Shown one piece after another: positions 61,839 to 64,000 of a stretch of 64,000 nucleotides of DNA. The stretch's first letter is position 1. Each line of letters starts with the position of its first letter. A program made the position numbers and the translations under genes. The notes under the pieces are model-generated. The model made no database searches, was not told the DNA's origin, and saw only the letters and a list, made by a program, of their open reading frames with translations. Source of the DNA: Escherichia phage AV112; sequence record OR352942.1; one strand, given 5' to 3'.

Positions 61839-62554
61839 TAGTCAAGAAATCCTTTAACATAATCAAAATCACGTTCAAACACATGGGCACTTACCATGGT
61901 ATGAGTATAATCACCAACTTCTACACCACATTCGTTAGCGATATAATGAAGTAATTTTCCTTGGAGATAAAAATCCAACTGCATAACAACAGCACAGTTC
62001 TGAGAACGCATATGACAGTGGGTATAAAGCTTACCATCACGAATATAATAAGTCACTGAGTCGGTACATGGATATTCAAGTGTTTCGTCTGAATCAAGCA
62101 AAGCCTGATCAGAACTTTCTAGAATTTGGAACACAACTCTTCGAGAGTTAGGTTTTTCTTTAAGTTCTTTTAGAAGAGTTGGTAACTGGGCCGCAATGCG
62201 AGGACCATAGAAAGTGTTGAAGTTCGCAGGCAAAGCATCTGATTTTGGTTTAGAAATAAATTTAGCGACGTTAGGATATGCCTTAAATGCTTCTTCTGCA
62301 TCAGTACCACCAGAAATCATAAATTTCCAGAAATCTTCAGCATATTCATAAGAGATGCGATTAATACGTGGGTCGGTCATTTTGAATGATGAAGGGGTAT
62401 CAACAACTACTGTCATAGACCCAATTTCATTACAACGTCCAATACGAGAATCAGTTACGAATTCCGGGTTTTCTAAAATTTCACGATTGACGGCTTTAAA
62501 TGCGGATTGAAAATCTGCGGCTTTAATATATTTCATTGTGTTATGTTTTCCCAT
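61838..62554 (-). CDS. 42: dCMP-hydroxymethylase-like enzyme (thymidylate synthase fold), divergent from T4 gp42
   Basis: TS-family core SRRVVFQ...YPCTDSVTYYIRDGKLYTHCHMRSQNCAVVMQLDF with catalytic Cys; Asp aligned with gp42 cytosine-specifying Asp. Confidence 0.6.
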   Translation of the reverse strand: MGKHNTMKYIKAADFQSAFKAVNREILENPEFVTDSRIGRCNEIGSMTVVVDTPSSFKMTDPRINRISYEYAEDFWKFMISGGTDAEEAFKAYPNVAKFISKPKSDALPANFNTFYGPRIAAQLPTLLKELKEKPNSRRVVFQILESSDQALLDSDETLEYPCTDSVTYYIRDGKLYTHCHMRSQNCAVVMQLDFYLQGKLLHYIANECGVEVGDYTHTMVSAHVFERDFDYVKGFLD

Positions 62555-62595
62555 GTTTACCTCAATACAGTTATTATATACTCAATTCATAAAGC

Positions 62596-62837
62596 TTATT
62601 TGAATTTCTTAGCGATGTTGATATAACGTAGAGCTTCGGCATCGATACTTCCAAGGACGCTATGAAGGAACGCGTCGACATAGTATTCTAGTTGAACATG
62701 TTCTCTTTAATCACTTTAGCCGCTTTAGTTTCAAACAGGCCCATAAGGGCCTTTTTAAGAATTTGTTCGTTGTTGTTAATTTTAATAGTCAAAATCTCTT
62801 CGTTAAGTTGGTGGTTAAAAGTTTTTCTAGAAATCAT
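62596..62837 (-). pseudogene. small ORF apparently interrupted by a frameshift (49 aa + 31-aa continuation in another frame)
   Basis: ATG 62837 overlaps stop of upstream gene; TAG at 62688; different frame reads on to TAA 62596 with no ATG. Confidence 0.3.
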
Positions 62838-63994
62838 TCTGGGTACCTCAAAGCGTCATCAGAGTTAGTTATATCAATAATAGATATAGAGTTTTCCGAT
62901 AACCCATTTTTAGATAACTGACGTTTATAATATCTTTCACAATATGTACACGTCGTCCCACAGATTTCATTAGCACAATCGAAATCTGGATGTTTGAACC
63001 ACCTTTTTTCTAAAAAGCCATCTAACAAAGAGGTTTCAATATTTACCGTATGTGAAAACTCAGTCTCATTTTCAAGAGTGAAAATGGTCTCTAAAGGCTT
63101 CCACAATTCCAACAAATTACCTTCAAATTTTTCAGAAGCATAAGCTTCAAGAACTTTCAAAATGTAGTCTGTGCTACCTGTACGTCCTGAAACTTTGAAT
63201 TGAGTGATACCAATATCATTATAAAGTTTCAAATCTTGAGGACGAACAAAACGAGTTCTCAACCAGTTAAATGGATCTGTATCACGAGCTTTAATACAGT
63301 GCTGCATTGGATATCCATTTAAGGATTTGGCATCATCTACTGTAACATCAGTGCTATGGAAAATATAGCAAGAGTCACGATAACTACAATGTGTTGTATA
63401 CCCTTTACCAGCATTAGAACAGAACTCATTTACAAGAACTTCAAATATTATATTGTTCTTATTACAAAACTCTGCTGCACGCTTCAGGAAAGAAACTGAA
63501 CGGTTCTTATGAATTCCACAGCAGACCTTTTTGATATTATATTGGTCATGCAAGTATTTGATTTGAGTTACAGCATCGACATGTAGAATTGTTGAAACTT
63601 CAATCTCAATGTCTTTATTGACTTCACGAACAATTTCCATAACAACAGGGTTAGCGATAGTAATACGCCAAACGCCTATTGACCAAAGATACTGAACATA
63701 ATCCTGAATAGCTTTCTTCTTCCACTCAACTAGTTCTCTTTTTGAACCAGGATTTATCGTGTTGAGTGTATAGTTAAAGCAAATACCTAATTCGTTACAA
63801 CGTTTAACGTAATCTTCTAACATCTTTTTGTCAACGTCAGGAAGCCTAAAATCAGGTCTGGCTGCTACAAAAGCCATTTCTCTTGTAGAGCCGTATACTT
63901 CGTTTATCAAGCTATTAGGATAAGTTTTATTGAGCTCTACGATTTTATCAAGAAGAGCTAAATCAAAATTCGTTCCGATTTTAAAGGTATTCAT
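62834..63994 (-). CDS. Cys-rich hypothetical protein (386 aa), possible Fe-S enzyme
   Basis: Cys clusters CCGIHK, EFCSNAGKGYTTHCSYRDSC, C-terminal CANEICGTTCTYC (contains C-x3-C-x-Y-C). Confidence 0.5.
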   Translation of the reverse strand: MNTFKIGTNFDLALLDKIVELNKTYPNSLINEVYGSTREMAFVAARPDFRLPDVDKKMLEDYVKRCNELGICFNYTLNTINPGSKRELVEWKKKAIQDYVQYLWSIGVWRITIANPVVMEIVREVNKDIEIEVSTILHVDAVTQIKYLHDQYNIKKVCCGIHKNRSVSFLKRAAEFCNKNNIIFEVLVNEFCSNAGKGYTTHCSYRDSCYIFHSTDVTVDDAKSLNGYPMQHCIKARDTDPFNWLRTRFVRPQDLKLYNDIGITQFKVSGRTGSTDYILKVLEAYASEKFEGNLLELWKPLETIFTLENETEFSHTVNIETSLLDGFLEKRWFKHPDFDCANEICGTTCTYCERYYKRQLSKNGLSENSISIIDITNSDDALRYPE

Positions 63995-64000
63995 TTTTGC

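Overview
The window is a contiguous 64 kb block of a T4-like (T-even, Tevenvirinae) myovirus genome, with gene order colinear with phage T4. Early and middle genes run on the minus strand: rIII, 31, cd, pseT, rnlA(63), denA, nrdB, nrdA, td, frd, 32, 59, 33, dsbA, rnh, then asiA, motA, 52, ndd, rIIB, rIIA, 39, dexA, dda, srd, modA, modB, soc, 56, 61, sp, dmd, 41, 40, uvsX and a 42-like gene. The late long-tail-fiber cluster 34-35-36-37-38 plus holin t runs on the plus strand. Gene names rest on my recollection of T4 protein sequences, sizes and synteny; no database search was run. Regulatory signals match T4 biology: TATAAATA late promoters, about 20 minus-strand early promoters (GTTTAC, 17-18 nt, TATAAT-like), and UUCG-tetraloop hairpins after many genes. 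The most interesting departures from T4 are: (1) an operon next to uvsX where the beta-glucosyltransferase slot holds a TMK-like P-loop kinase and a 299-aa unknown, coupled to a strongly divergent dCMP-hydroxymethylase-like gene and a Cys-rich 386-aa protein, a candidate alternative nucleotide/DNA modification module; (2) a GT-B glycosyltransferase inserted between rIIA.1 and gene 39; (3) an intact DAHP synthase between cd and pseT; (4) three tandem paralogues, two of which share a near-identical duplicated promoter. Gene 39 is a single fused ORF, and td and nrdB are uninterrupted.
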